Shown here piece after piece: positions 37,471 through 50,825 of a DNA stretch of 64,000 nt (position 1 is the stretch's first letter; each line of letters opens with the position of its first letter). The notes below the pieces were generated by a model. That model had not been told where the DNA came from. It did no database searches and was given only the letters and a program-made list of their open reading frames with translations. The DNA is from Heterodontus francisci (lineage: Eukaryota), in the NCBI RefSeq assembly GCF_036365525.1, contig NC_090382.1:111820372-111884371 (forward strand), in the 5' to 3' direction. The translations under genes were made by a program, and so were the position numbers.

Positions 37471-39087
37471 ACTAATTTTTTTGACTGAAATTTTATCATT
37501 CTCAAGTTGAATTATATCGTTGCTTGAAATTGGAACACTGTACTAATATTATCATTCAGTATTAACACCAATCAATACCAAAACTTGCATTTATACACAG
37601 TTTTAAAAGAAATCATGAGCTAACTGCACTTGGTGTGGGAAAGGATATAGGCAGCAGAGTTGGAGATAAGATAGAGGTCGGACTGACGGATAGGTGAATG
37701 CCAAGGAGATCGTTGCAAATAGTTCTTTCTGCACATGGCAAAGGCATGCGTGAGGTTTATATCAGCATATTGGTAATGAATGTTTAGAGGTAGGTAATGC
37801 TGCACAAATAAAACCAGATGGTCTTTATGATGTTGTAGCTGCTGCTCCAGTACAGCTACAAAACAGGCATCTACCCGACAATGTGGAAAATTGCCCAGGT
37901 GTGTCCTGTCCACAAAAGCCAGGACAAATCCAATGCAGCAAATTACTCCAGGCTGAAGCATTAGCAAAGAGATGGAAGGTGCCGTCGCCAGTGCTGCACA
38001 GCGGCACTTAGACAGTAACAACCTGCTCATTGATGTTCAGTTTGCATTCGGCCAAGACCATTCACTCCAGACATCATTATGGCTTTCTTCCCCATCCCTA
38101 ATTGCGCTTGGGAAAATGGTAGCGAATTGCTTTCTCAAACCGCTGCAACCTTGAGGCGTAGGTATACCCACAGTGCTGTTAGGAAGGGTATTCCAGGATT
38201 TTGACACAGTGACAGTGAAGGAACGGTGATACAGTTCCAAGTCGGGATGGTGTGTGGTTTGAAGGGGAACTTGTAGCTGGTGGTGTTTCCATGCTACGGC
38301 TGTGTTTGTCCTTCTATGTCGTAGAGGTCGTGGGTTTGGAAGGTGCTGTGAAAGGAGCCTTGGAGAGTTGCTGCGGTGCATCTTGTAGATAATACATACT
38401 GCTGCCACTGTGCGTTGGTGATGAAGGGAGTGAATGTTGAAGGTGGGGGAAGTGGTGCCAATCAAGCAGGCTGCTTTGGCTGGATGGTGTCGAGCTTCTT
38501 AAGTGCTGTTGAAGCTGCACCCATTCAGGCAAGTGGAGATTATTTCATCATACTCCTGACTTGTGCCTTGTAGATGGTGGACAGGATCTGGGAAGTCAGG
38601 AGGTTCGTTACTCGCTGCAGAATTCCCAGCCTCTGACCTGCTCATGTAGCCGCAGTATTTATGTGGCTGCTCCAGTTAAGTTTCTGGTCAATAGTAGCCC
38701 CCATAATGTTGATAGTGGGATATTCAGCGATGGAAACGCCATTGAATGTTCAGGGAAGATGGTTATATTCTCTCTTGTTTGAGATGGTCATTGCCTGGCA
38801 CTTGTGTGGGGTGAATGCTACTTGCCACTTATCAGCCCAAGACTGAATGTTGTCCAGTTCTTGTTGCATATGACATGGACTGCTGCAGTATCTGAGAAGT
38901 TGTGAATGTTACTGAATGTCATACATTCATCAGCAAACATACCCACTTCTGATCTTATGATGGAGGGAAGGACATTGATGGTTGGGCCTAGAACACTACG
39001 CTGAGGAACCCCTGCAGCAATATCCTAGGGCTGAGATGTTTGACCTCCAACAACCACAACCATCTTCCTTTGTTCTAGGTATGACTC

Positions 39088-40297
39088 ATTGATGATTTAG
39101 ATGAGGGAACTAAATGTAATGATTTACTTGAGGGAACTAAATGTAATATCTCCAAATTTTCAGATGACACAAAACTGGGTGGGAGGGTGAGCTGTGAGGA
39201 GGATGCAGAGAGGCTTCAAGGTGATTTGGACAAGTTGAGAGAGTGGGCTAATGCATGGCAGATGCAGTATAATGTGGATAAATGTGAGGTTATCCACTTT
39301 GGTAGCAAAAGCAGGAAGGCAGATTATTATCTGAACAGCTATAAACTGAGAGAGTGGAATATGCAGCAAGACCTGGGTGTTCTCGTACACCAGTCGCTGA
39401 AAGTAATCATGTAGGTGCAACAGGCGGTAAAAAAAAAGGTAAATGGTATGTTGGCCTTCATAGCGAGAGGATTCGAGTACAGAAGCAGTGATAAAAACAA
39501 GAAATGCTGGAATCACTCAGCAGGTCTGGCAGCATCTGTGGAAAGAGAAGCAGAGTTAACGTTTCGGGTCAGTGACCCGAAACGTTAACTCTGCTTCTCT
39601 TTCCACAGATGCTGCCAGACCTGCTGAGTGATTCCAGCATTTCTTGTTTTTGTTTCAGATCTCCAGCATCCGCAGTATTTTGCTTTTATTACAGAAGCAG
39701 GGATGTCTTGCTGCAATTATACAAACCCTCGGTGAGGCAACACCTGCAATATTGTGTGCAGTTTTGGTCTCCTTATCTGAGGAAGGATCTTCTTGCTATA
39801 GAGGGAGTGCAGTGAATGTTTCCAGACTGATTCCTGGGATGACGGGACTGAGGTATGAGGAGAGATTGAGTTGGTTAGGATTATATTCGCTGGAGTTCAG
39901 AAGAGTGAGGGGGGATCTCTTAGAAACCTATAAAATTCTAACAGGACTTGACAGGGTAGATGCAGGAAGGATGTTCCCGATGGTGGGGGAGTCCAGAACC
40001 AGGAGTCATAGTCTAAGCATACGGGGTAAACCTTTCAGGACTGAGATGAGGAGAAATTTCTTCACCCAGAGAGTGGTGAGCCAATGGAATTCGCTACTAC
40101 AGAAAGCAGTTGAGGCCAAAACATTGTATGTTTTCAAGAAGGAGTTAGATATAGCTCTTGAGTCTAAAGGGATCAAAGGATATGGGACTAAAGCGGGAAC
40201 AGGCTACTGAGTTGGATGATCAGCCATGATCATAATGAATGGCAGAGCAGGCTCGATGGGCCGATTGGCCTACTCCTGCTCCTATTTTCCACGTTTC
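39088..40297 (+). mobile_element. Unit C copy of the 1-kb CR1
   Basis: 8-bp TSD tatgactc (39080-39087, 40298-40305) and CR1 RT C-terminal frames. Confidence 0.85.
39489..39689. mobile_element. 201-bp Penelope pLTR-derived fold-back insertion containing a perfect 159-bp palindrome
   Basis: 11-bp TSD tacagaagcag (39478-39488, 39690-39700). Arms 39493-39571 and 39573-39651 are exact reverse complements. Confidence 0.9.
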
Positions 40298-41129
40298 TAT
40301 GACTCGATCCATTGATGAGTTTTCCCCTTGATTCCTATTGATTTCATTTAGGCTAGGGCTCCTTGATGTTACACTCGGACAAATGCTACCTTGATATCCA
40401 GAGCCTCACTCTCACCTCACCTCTTGACTTCAGCTCCTTTATCCATGCTTGAACCAAGGCTATTATGAGGTCAGGAGCAGAGTGGCCCTGGCGGAACTTC
40501 CGTGCCAGACAGTGTCAGGCAACGACCATGTCCAACAGGAGAGAATCTAACCAAGTTTCAGTCCAAGTGGTGTAGCTAGATCCATATGCTGTTGGCAAAG
40601 GTGATGTAGTTTTTTTGATCCAGTAACAGTGATGAAATGGTGATATAGTTCCAAATCAGGTGGATTAGAGGGGAACGTACAGGGGGTGGCATTCCCTTGC
40701 CTCTACTGCCCTTGTCCTTCTAAGTGGTAGAGGTCACGGCTTAGAAGGTGCTGTCAAAAGAGGCTTGGCAAGTTGCTGCAATGCATCTTGTAGATGGCAC
40801 AGACAGCTGCCACTTTGCCCCAGTGGTGAAGGGAATTGATGCTTAAGATTGTGGATGGGGTGCTGATCAAGCAATCTGCATTCTCCTGGACGGTGACGAG
40901 CCTCTTGAGTGTTTTGGGAACTGCACTCATTCACGCAAGTGGAAAGTATTCAGTGACGTGCCTTGTAGATGGTTGACAATCCCTCGGGAGTCTAGAATTG
41001 AATTGATCACCACAGAATATTCAGCCTGTGACCTACTTTTGTAGCCACAATATTTATATGGTTGGTCCTGTTAAGTTTCTGGTCAATGGTAACCCCCAGG
41101 ATATTGATGGGGAACGAAGATTGATCGAT

Positions 41130-42800
41130 TATAGATCGTTGTGGGTTCTGTGGAGGTCTTGGATGGGTAGAGTAGCAATTAATGGGTATACTATTGCTGC
41201 AATTGGCAAGATAGAAGTAGATGCAAGAAAAAGCAGTTGAGCTTGACAAAGAGGGACACACATGAACATGACGTGCTCAGCCGGTCCAAAAGCTGCGGAG
41301 AGGTCTGGAAGGGCATTGATAGTTGGTGCGCCATGGTCATAGTCATCGGGAATGTCTTTCGAGATTTTGATTAGAGATATTTCGATATTGCGTGAGGGAG
41401 CACAGAGAACCGCTAGACATTCATAAATCCAGGAGATAAAACTTTGACGATGAGAGTAAAATTCGAGATTGGCGGCATTTTGCAAGAACAGAAAGTTCGG
41501 AAGTTTTTTTTATAAACCGGGGGCGATTCTGTTATTTGCAAGAGGGAGAGGCACAGTGATTGTGGCCAAAAAGAATAATTCCCAATATCGGCTAACATCA
41601 GAGTCAGGAAATATTGCGGCTAGCAGGTGCGTGGGAATGGGGTCTTGGAAATTAGAGGTATGTTTCGAATTGGAAGAACGTTCTCGGGGCCTGGGTGGAA
41701 ATGAGAGAAATCTAGACAGAAGAAAGATTGATTGGGACGGGAGAGTTTTTTGTGGGTAAGCATTGATTTTATTGGCAGGAGCAGATGAGGAAGGCCGACA
41801 CAAATTATTGGATTGCCTTCACCTTGCTAAAAAAATTAAAAAGGTGCACTTTTTTGGGGGGAGATGCGAATGTGGATGTTACGGAAGGGAGGCAGAGTAG
41901 ATTCTTGAGAGTTGAGAAAAGGAGACAAGAATTACCTTCACGCTTCAAAATGATCACGGATTAATGACTTCTTTTGGCAGAGGAAATCAAGGCCTTGTCG
42001 GCCGAATATGTGTCAGACAGATCTAGTGGTGTCGAAAGTAAAACTGTGGATGGTAAATGACCCAAATAAGTTGATGGAGATGGTGTTTGCAGTGACCGTA
42101 GGACTGGTGGGGCTACGTAAGATGGTGACGTCAAGGTAGTAGTCAGTAATGTGATCAAAATAATTTATAGGGACAACATGCATGGTTTTGATAAGGGCTA
42201 TTTCGATATTGTGGAAAGGCGCATCGAGAACTGCAGAGATTCATAAATCCAGGAGATTAAACTTTGGCGTTGCGAGGAAGAGAGGGAATGCGGTGGGGAG
42301 TGCTCAGATAAAGATTTTGATTAAGTGGAAGGGGAATCACATTTTGAAGAGGTTCAGAAGATGCCAGCGAAGCGGTGGAAAAGACGTAGGTCTGATTTGA
42401 CAATCAGCGCCAACGACAGAACTCAATGAGTCATGGTGGCTGTGATGAACAAAACTCGAAGGAGGGAAGTGAAGTTAGCCCCGAGGAGGTACCCTGGAAA
42501 GGATGGTCATTGATTGTGGAAGATAGTTCGCTGTAACGGCTGCTTTTAAAGAGATCTTTAAACGTGATTTGCAGAGAATGCTGCAAAGCACAGAGAAGAT
42601 CTATCATCTCACATAGGACATCAGTCAAGCTGAGACAATGACAGGAGCGCCGCAGATTGGAACTCCCTGGAGGCGGTCTAAACAACATGTGGAACAGGAC
42701 ACAATTAGAAGAACGCAAAAAACAGAATGTCGGAGATGGGATCAGCAACAAGCGCAGATCCAGTAGTACCACATTAGAACGATCCCAGGATGGAAACAAA
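41130..42800 (-). mobile_element. L2 relic, unit C copy
   Basis: Collinear with 4420-6100. Frames read TSNFQDPIPTHLL and PDLSAAF. Confidence 0.65.
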
Positions 42801-44485
42801 AACGTCCAAGGAAAATTAGCCTGAAAAGGCAAACTAGATGACGAAATAGGGATAATCCAGCAGAAAATACAATTACTTTGGAAAGTAATGGCGAAAATAA
42901 AGATTACCCAGAAGCTAGCGGTGAAATGGCATTCAAACCAGTGGAAAACGATTTTCTGCCGAAAACAGCATTGCTGTACAGCTGAAAAAACAGCAGTACA
43001 CTGAAATTCAGTTCAGCATCCAAATGAATTCTTGAAGAGATGAAGTAATAAAGCAGATGTATGGCAATTGAAGATTACGGTGAAGACTAGTGCAGGCCAG
43101 ATGGCGGAATAGTTCAGAAAAACAATGGAAGCAGAGTCCTGGTTCGCCAAGTCAGTGCAGAGAAAATACCTAACAGAACCTGGCTGAGCATTGCGCTATT
43201 CGGAGGACGGCGTCTAAGTAGTGGAAGTGAGGAGAGGGAGAGGAGCCGGGATTGGGGCAAGTGGCAATGGATTGCCTTGAATGAATTTGCGAAGGAGAAC
43301 TCAGTTGGAAGTTGTCCAGGAACGGAATCCAGAGATGGTCCAAGTTGTATCCATTTGTGTTCCATGACAATGTAGTTATTTTGCTGTGCTACCTCAGTGT
43401 GGTTGTCATCCATATAATTTCACTCCGTCAAGTTGCAGTTAAAGTTATTATTTCACAGCCGCTTTGAATTCTCTCACTAATCAAGCGCATTTCAGATAAG
43501 CACCTGCATTTGGAAAGGTATTCAATTCCCGGACATTGCATTGAAATGAATATTGTTGGACGTCGCATATGAGCAGTTACCTCCCGTTTCCTTTGTTGTA
43601 GACCAATAAATTGCACCCGATGGCTTGGTTGGTGAAAGCGACATGTTCAATCCGAAACAGCCTAAAACACAGACAATCCGGAATGTTAACGAATCTGTAG
43701 AGAATAATTGTTATTGATGATTCGCCAGAATCAGCGCTGTATATTATGCACACTGCATGTTTCTCGGTTGTGGATTAATGGAAATGCAGACTTCAACTGA
43801 CAATGAACAGAACACAAGCCTGTGAAAACTTGTAATATATATCCATAACGAACTCGTCTTACAAAATTCACCATCTTAATTTTTTTCTGCGCATCGTTTT
43901 CCATTAGTATTATTAGTTCTTGGGATTTGGACATCGCAAGAAAGGCTACATTCGTTGCTCTGGTAAGGTGGTGGTGAACCTTCTACTTCAAATTCTGCAG
44001 TTTCCGTTGACGTTGCGCTTTTATTGGAAGGGCTAACAAAGGAATTCGTAATTTATATATAAAAGATATATAAGTTCTGTTAATTATTGCACATCAGTCC
44101 ATGCCATTTTATTTAAACCTGGCAAACCTGGTAAAGCTGTCGGTAAGGGAGGAGGATCCATACACATTATCTCCCTGAAATATGAAACAAGGGTTAAGCA
44201 ATTTGCTAAAGAAACTCGGATAGTTCAGTCGTCTAGAATAGTTTGTTCAATCAGCTTGTTCTCGTTGCGATTTGCTGAAGAAATAAGTACATTAGACAAA
44301 ACAAAAGTACGGTGTTTGGACAAATGTAGAATAATATAATTAGATTGCACGTTAATTGAATAATAGAGCAAAGCAGGTAAGAAATATAAACCAGCAAAGT
44401 CAGTTAAAGTTGCACAACGTTAAATGCACAAAGCAATTCTTCCAGTGTTCAGTAGAGGCACTATTGCTTTAAGATAATGTGCTGT

Positions 44486-44533
44486 TATTATTGGCCGAGT
44501 CTCTTTGTGTCGCTGTCTACCAATGAGGTGAAG
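44486..44533 (+). promoter_or_regulatory. Pcdh CSE/CGCT box, promoter 3
   Basis: Same 48-mer. CGCT at 44511, 326 bp before the ATG. Confidence 0.85.
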
Positions 44534-44836
44534 AAATGTGGCTGGAGATCCAGCACCACTCCTCCTTCACCAAACACTGCGCGCTGTAGAATGAACGAAC
44601 AGCATTCACCGTTTCACGCTCTTAATTCACATCGAAGAAAGGGACGGAAAAATATGAGGGCATTTGTAAAATCATCTAGGCGATCGTAACTAAAACGTCT
44701 ACGCGCTATACATAAAAAGCAACATTTCCTTTGGATAAGCAAGGTAATGAACAAATGCGTTATCGGTCTAACAACAAGGCACGTATAAATTCATTTTAAG
44801 AATCTGGCAATTATATTCGCAGTACTTTGATCCAAA

Positions 44837-47305
44837 ATGGCCTACTGGATGAATAGCCATTTGTCCCTATGGCCTGTTTTTTATCTGATACTCATGTATG
44901 TTTCGGATTCAGTCTGTGTAAAAATTCGCTACTCAATTCCGGAAGAATTAGATCTTGGCGCCTTTGTTGGAAATATCGCTGCGGACCTGGGATTAGATGC
45001 AAAGCAGTTATTGGAGCGCCGATTTCGGATTGCATCTGAAGGCAAAAAACAATATCTAGACGTGAATTTAAAAACTGGAGCTCTCGTTATAAAAGAAAAA
45101 ATAGACAGAGAGCAGCTTTGCGAACACCGCCTGTCGTGCATATTGATATTAGAGGCTGTGATTGAGAACCCGCTAAAGTTATACCGTGTAGAAATTGAGA
45201 TTCTCGACATAAATGACAACGCGCCCGTTTTCCAGAGAAGTGGGGTAAACATTGAAATCTCAGAATTGATGCCGGCAGGAACGAGCTTCCCGCTCCAGAG
45301 CGCGATTGATCCAGATGCTGGAATCAACAGTATTCGCTCCTACCAACTAAGCCCCAGCGAGCACTTCACTTTAAAATTACAGTCCATCGGTGAACAAACT
45401 GGCAGCCCAGAACTTGTTCTGCAGCGACCTCTCGATCGAGAGCAACAACCGACTCATCGATTAACACTGACGGCGTTTGATGGAGGAACTCCACGAAAAT
45501 TCGGAACTACTCAGATTAAAATTATCGTGCTTGATGTGAATGACAATGCCCCTTCTTGCGAACAGAACGTTTATCAAATCACCACTGCCGAAAACATATC
45601 CCCAAATACTTTGATCGTGAAAGTTACTGCTGTGGATATGGACGAAGGCCTAAACGGTGAGATAATCTATTCTTTCAGCGATCAGACTCCTGATAAAGTG
45701 CGTGAGGTGTTTAGCTTGAATTCAGCAAACGGAGAACTCAGAGTAACCGGAATCGTGGACTTTGAAGAAGCGAAGAATTATCAGATTTCGGTACACGCTA
45801 AGGACAGAGGTACGCGTTCACTGTCAGTATACTGTAAAGTTTTGATAAAGGTTACTGATGTTAATGATAACTGCCCTGAAATAATGATAACTACTACGTC
45901 GAGCTCTATTCCAGAGGATGCTGCTGAGAATACAGCAATAGCTCTCTTCCGAGTTGCGGACCGAGATTCTATAAAAAGGGCAAGTATCTATTGCCGAATC
46001 GTCGGAGAAATGCCGTTTCGGCTGAACAGCTCTTTTAATAACTACTACACATTAGTCACTAATGGCGAGTTAGATCGTGAAAAAGTGCCAGAATACAACG
46101 TTACCATTACATGTACGGATACTGGCTCCCCTCCCCTCACGACCAACAAAACCATTCGAGTTCAAGTATCAGATATAAATGACAACGCGCCACGCTTTAC
46201 GCAGCCTGCGTTCGCCATGTATGTGACAGAAAATAATGTTATTGGTGCTTCAATTGGTTTTGTGTCAGCCTTTGATCCAGATTCTAATCAAAATGCGCAA
46301 ATACGTTTTGATATTTTAGATAGCCTGATACACGGTTTGCCTGCGTCCACTTTCGTCTCAATAAACGCAGCCAGTGGTGCGATCTTCGCACAACGCTCGT
46401 TTGATTTTGAACAAATAAAAAACATTCAAGTCCATGTGCAAGCAAAGGATTCTGCATTCCCTCCTCTCAGCAGTAACGCAACAGTGAATGTAATCATTGT
46501 TGACCAGAATGACAATGCCCCTGTGATCGTGTCACCTTTGCCAAGCAAAGGGTCCGCCGCAGAGGACACAATGCTAAGATCTGCCGACTCAGGTTACTTG
46601 GTTGCAAAAGTGACAGCGACCGATGCCGATTCTGGATTGAACGCTCAACTTTTTTACCAACTCCGCCAGCCCACTGATGAAAGTTTGTTTACTGTGGCTC
46701 CAGAAACAGGCGAAATCTGGACTATTCGTCGCTTTGGGCATAAAGATTCACTCAGGCAAAAAATCGTAATTTTGGTGACGGACAACGGAACCCCATCCCT
46801 TACATCAACAGTCACCATCAATGTATCAGTGCAGGATGATAGCACAGAAAATGCATCAAATATCGGCATATTGGGGAACTCTGGTCCGTGGAAATACGAT
46901 TTAAAATTTTATTTAATGATGGTTTTTGGCTCAACCTCGTTCCTACTACTTGTGGCGATTTTAATCCTTGCTGTAAAGGTGCACAGGGATAGAAACGAAA
47001 TTAACAGCTACTGTTGCTGTTGGCACCCCTCTTACCTTTCGAGAAAGGATTCTTTCCATGGAATTCAAAAGGCTAGTATGAGTCTTCAAATACCGTCCAA
47101 TTACACAGAGGTGTATGAAAGCGAGAGCCTCCCGCAACCATTTGGCTATGGCATATGTCAAGCTTCTGCCATGAACGATTTTACGTTTCTAAAGTTACAA
47201 GGTGTGGCCGCGCCAAGAATTGATATTAACAAGGGCACAGGTAACCCTGCAACACATGGAAAGGCATCTAACTCTACGAACAAAGGTACAACTAATTTTC
47301 GCGAG
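44837..47305 (+). CDS. Clustered protocadherin variable exon 3
   Basis: Six EC repeats plus TM. Donor GAG|GTGAGT at 47305/47306, phase 0. The unspliced ORF stops at 47332. Confidence 0.95.
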
Positions 47306-47371
47306 GTGAGTGTCGCGTTGTTAAAATATTAAGCTTCGCCTATGGGGTACGGTGGTGCAATAATTCTGTTA

Positions 47372-48110
47372 CTAAAAGAAAGTACTGTGGTTGTTGAAAA
47401 TCTGAAATAAAAATAGAAAATGCTGGAAATATCTGTCAGTATATGCGGAGAACTCGGATTGCTTAAAAATATAACAGCTTTGAAAGAAGACAGGAGAAGC
47501 TGGGGGAGGGAAGGAAGAACAAACGGGAAAGTCAGTGATATGGTGGAAGGCAGGAGAGATTAAATGACAATACTGCAAGCTTTTTAAAAATGGTAATCGG
47601 ACAAGAAACAGAAAGATGTCTAGAAGAGGTATAAATGGGTGAAGCAGAATCATCACCAACAGCTGCCATCCATAAAAAAGGGCAGAGGTTATTATCTGAA
47701 ACTGTTGAACTCAACGTTGAATCCGAAAAGTTGTGAAGCATCTAGTTGAACGATGAAGAGCGATTCCCGGATCGTGCATTGAGCTTTTCATTAGAACAGA
47801 ATAATAAGCAGCAGACAGAAAGGGCAGAGTGTGAATGGAGGAGAGAATTAAAATGACAGGTTAGCAGGAGCTGTGGGACATTTTGTAGACTGAAAAGTAA
47901 TGTTTCACAAAGTAATTACCCAAACTACGTTTGGCCTCACCAAAGTAGAGGAGACCACGATGTGAGCAGTGAATGCATTATATTAAAGTGAAAGACGTAC
48001 AACTAAATCACTTTTACACCTGGAAGATGTGTTTGTAGCTTTGGAGGGTGAGAGGAGAGGAGGTAAAAGAGCATGCATTGCATCTCTTGAACTCCATGGG
48101 AAGGTGCTGT
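47372..48110 (-). mobile_element. Decayed Penelope-like 3' fragment
   Basis: pLTR tail (aaatctgaaataaaa...aaatgctgg) followed by sequence resembling the reverse complement of the GIY-YIG region at ~16350-16740. Confidence 0.65.
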
Positions 48111-48112
48111 GA

Positions 48113-48440
48113 GAAGGCACTGTATTATGCTACTGAACTAGTATCCAGAGGCGTGGACAAATAATTGTCAGAACGTGAGTGCAAATCGCATAATAGGACT
48201 TTACGAACTTGTTTGCGCTGGAAATAAATAAATGAAACTGCTTTCAGTCAACGTGGCCATCAAGCTGTCGGAATACCCCAATTTTTCATTAATCTCACTA
48301 ATCTTATTTGAGAAGGATACCTACTCTCCTTGCCAGGAAAGGGCTATATAAGGCTCCTGTTCTGTAACAACGTGCATGACTCTCAACTGGCATATTGCCA
48401 TGGCCTAGCCACTCAGTCAGGGCAACTGAGGATAAGAGCA
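48113..48440 (+). mobile_element. Old tRNA-headed SINE (displaced from the exon 3 donor by the PLE)
   Basis: ctactgaactagtatccagaggc...ggcctagccactcagtcagggcaact belongs to the same family as 62791-63122. Confidence 0.6.
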
Positions 48441-48919
48441 TACGGGAAAGCTTAGGTCGTTCACTATCTTGTATACGTTTCGACTTTCCAGTACATTTTG
48501 CGGACCAGCACAAAGCCTGCCCTGCTTTGATCCGTATGCCTTGATGTCTAAAATATATTGCTTCTACTAAACTCGCTGATTTAAATAAATGGCTCAGTCT
48601 GGAGGAAACAGTTAAACCCAGCAATTATATAGTTAGAACCTAAAGTGCACGCTACCGCTCCTTTGGGACAGATAATTAATTTTATTACCAAACAGAAAGG
48701 GGAAGTACAACAGGGCCTGAATTTCACTGGTAAAGCGGGAAATCATCAAATATTAGCGCGGATGGGATAAGAATAATTTTCGTGTTAGGACGTGAAATGT
48801 AAATTAGCACGGTAAGCAGATGAATTTGATTGGAGGAAACCAGAAAATGAAGGATTAAGGAAAAGCTAATGAACAATAGAATAATAAAAGTGCAAGTGGT
48901 AAGACAGATGTCTAAACCA

Positions 48920-49480
48920 TCATAGGAACATGAGTAGGTCTTTTAGCCCTTCGAGCCTGTTCCTTCATTCAATAAGATTCTGTCTGAACTGTGACATAAG
49001 TCAGCTCAATTGCCCCATATCCTGAATACCTTGACGAGCAAAAATCTATCAATCTCAGATGTAAAATGAACCTTTGATCTAGCATCAATTGCCATTCTTG
49101 AATCATAGAATGGATTCATAGAATGGCTACAGCACAGAAGGAGGCCATTCGGCCCGCCGTGTCCGTGCTCTCGTCAAGAGTGCTCCAAATTTCTTCCACC
49201 GTTAGTGTGTAGAGGTTCTTCTTAATTTCACTCCTAAAAGGCCTAGCGCTAATTTTTAGAAAAAGAACCTAGTGCTAGATTCTATAACCAGTGGAAATAG
49301 TTTATCTCTACCTATCCTATCAGTTCCCCTTAATACCTTGAAAATATCGATCAAAGCACCCCTCAACTTCTCAGTTCCAGGCAATACAACCCTAGTTTGT
49401 GTAATCTCTCCTCATAATTGTATCCAGCTATCATTTTGGTAAATCTACACTGCATTTCCTCCAAGTCTAATATAAACTTC
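48920..49480 (-). mobile_element. Decayed CR1 3' fragments
   Basis: CR1 tails (cataggaacatgagtagg..., atcatagaatgg..cagcacagaaggaggccattcggccc). Confidence 0.6.
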
Positions 49481-49483
49481 CCA

Positions 49484-50825
49484 AATAAGAACAAAAAGTA
49501 CTGAAAATACACAGCACGTCAGGCAACATCTGTGGAGCGAGAAACCGAATTAATGTTTCAGGTCTGTGACCTTTCATCAGAACTGGCAAAGGTTAGAAAT
49601 GTAATAGGCTTTCAGCAAGTGAAAGGGAGGAGGTGGAGAAGAAGAACAAAAGGGAAGGTCTGTGATAGGGTGGAGGGCAGGGGAGATAAAATGACAATGA
49701 AATCATAGAATAGAAGACAAAGGGAGTAGCATTAGCCATAGCAAAACACAAAGCATTTGTCTAGAGAGAGTGCTAGTAGCAGAATAATGAACAGATCTGT
49801 CTGAAAGCAAAACATGAAAAACAAGTTTAAGACTGGCACATGCTAAAAAAAACAATCAAAATTGCAGTCATGGTATGAAGATGTTGAACTCAGTGTTGCG
49901 TTCAGAGGGCTGTAGAGTATCAAATTGGAAGATGACATGGTGTCATCTTGCATTGACCTTCACTGGAACACGTCAGCAGTTCGAAGACAGAAATGTGGGT
50001 GTGAGAGCAGGGTGGTGAATTAAAATGACAAGCAGCCAGCAGCTCGGGGTCATGCTTGCAGATTGAGTGGAGGTGTTTCTCCAACTGGTTACCCAATCTG
50101 CGTTTGGTCTACCCAATGTAGACCGGACCACATTGTGAGCAGCAAATACTGTATACTAAATTGAAAGAAGTACAAGTAAACGCCTATTCACCTGGAAGGA
50201 GTGTTTGGGACTTGGATGGTGAGTAGAGAGGAGATAAAAGGGGAGGCATTACACCTCCTGTGATTGCAGGGGAAGGTGCCTTGGCAAGGGGATGAGGTGC
50301 CGGGCTGATGGAGGAGTGGACCAGGGTTTCATGGAGGGAATGGTCCCTTATGAATGCTGGCAGGGGAGGGGAGAAGAAGATGTGTTTGGTGATGGTATCA
50401 TGCTGGAAGTGCTGGAAATGGTGGAGAATGATCCTTGGATGTGGAAGTTGGTGTGGTAGAAAGTGAGGACAAGGGGAACCCTGTTGCGGTTCTGGGAAGG
50501 TGGGGAAGGTGTGAGGGCAGAAGTGTGGGAAATGGGTCGGACACGGTCAAGGATCCTGTCAACCATGGTGGGAGGAAATTCTCAGTTTATGTAAAAGGAA
50601 GACATATTCAGAAGCTATTTTAGAAGGTTGCATCAGCAGAGCAGATACAACAGAGATGGACAAACTGGAAGAATGGGATGGAGTCCTTACAGGAGGCAGG
50701 GTGTGAGTAAGAGTAGTCGAGGTAGCTGTGAGGTCGGTGGGCTTATATTTAATATTAGTAGATAGCCTATCCCTAGAAATGGAGACAGAGAAGTGGAGGA
50801 AGGAAAGTGTCGGAGATGCACCATG
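49484..50825 (-). mobile_element. Decayed Neptune-type Penelope element
   Basis: Frame VDRILDRVRPISHTSALTPSPPSQNRNRVPLVLTF matches ORF 15426-16691. pLTR at the left end. Confidence 0.8.
49548..49584 (-). ncRNA. Hammerhead motif with canonical CUGAUGA core (stem III decayed)
   Basis: Minus strand agtt-CTGATGA-a-aggtc-aca-gacct-GAAACATT-aatt. Confidence 0.6.

Larger units (their letters stand above)
38085..41125 (-). mobile_element. Decayed LINE fragments, unit C copy, interrupted by CR1
   Basis: Collinear with ~1580-4410. Confidence 0.72.
37120..45310. repeat. Tandem segmental duplication unit C (partial; high identity ends inside exon 3)
   Basis: Collinear with 1-~8660. Identity to exons 1/2 drops after ~45180-45310, and the intron after exon 3 is not a recent copy. 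Confidence 0.88.
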
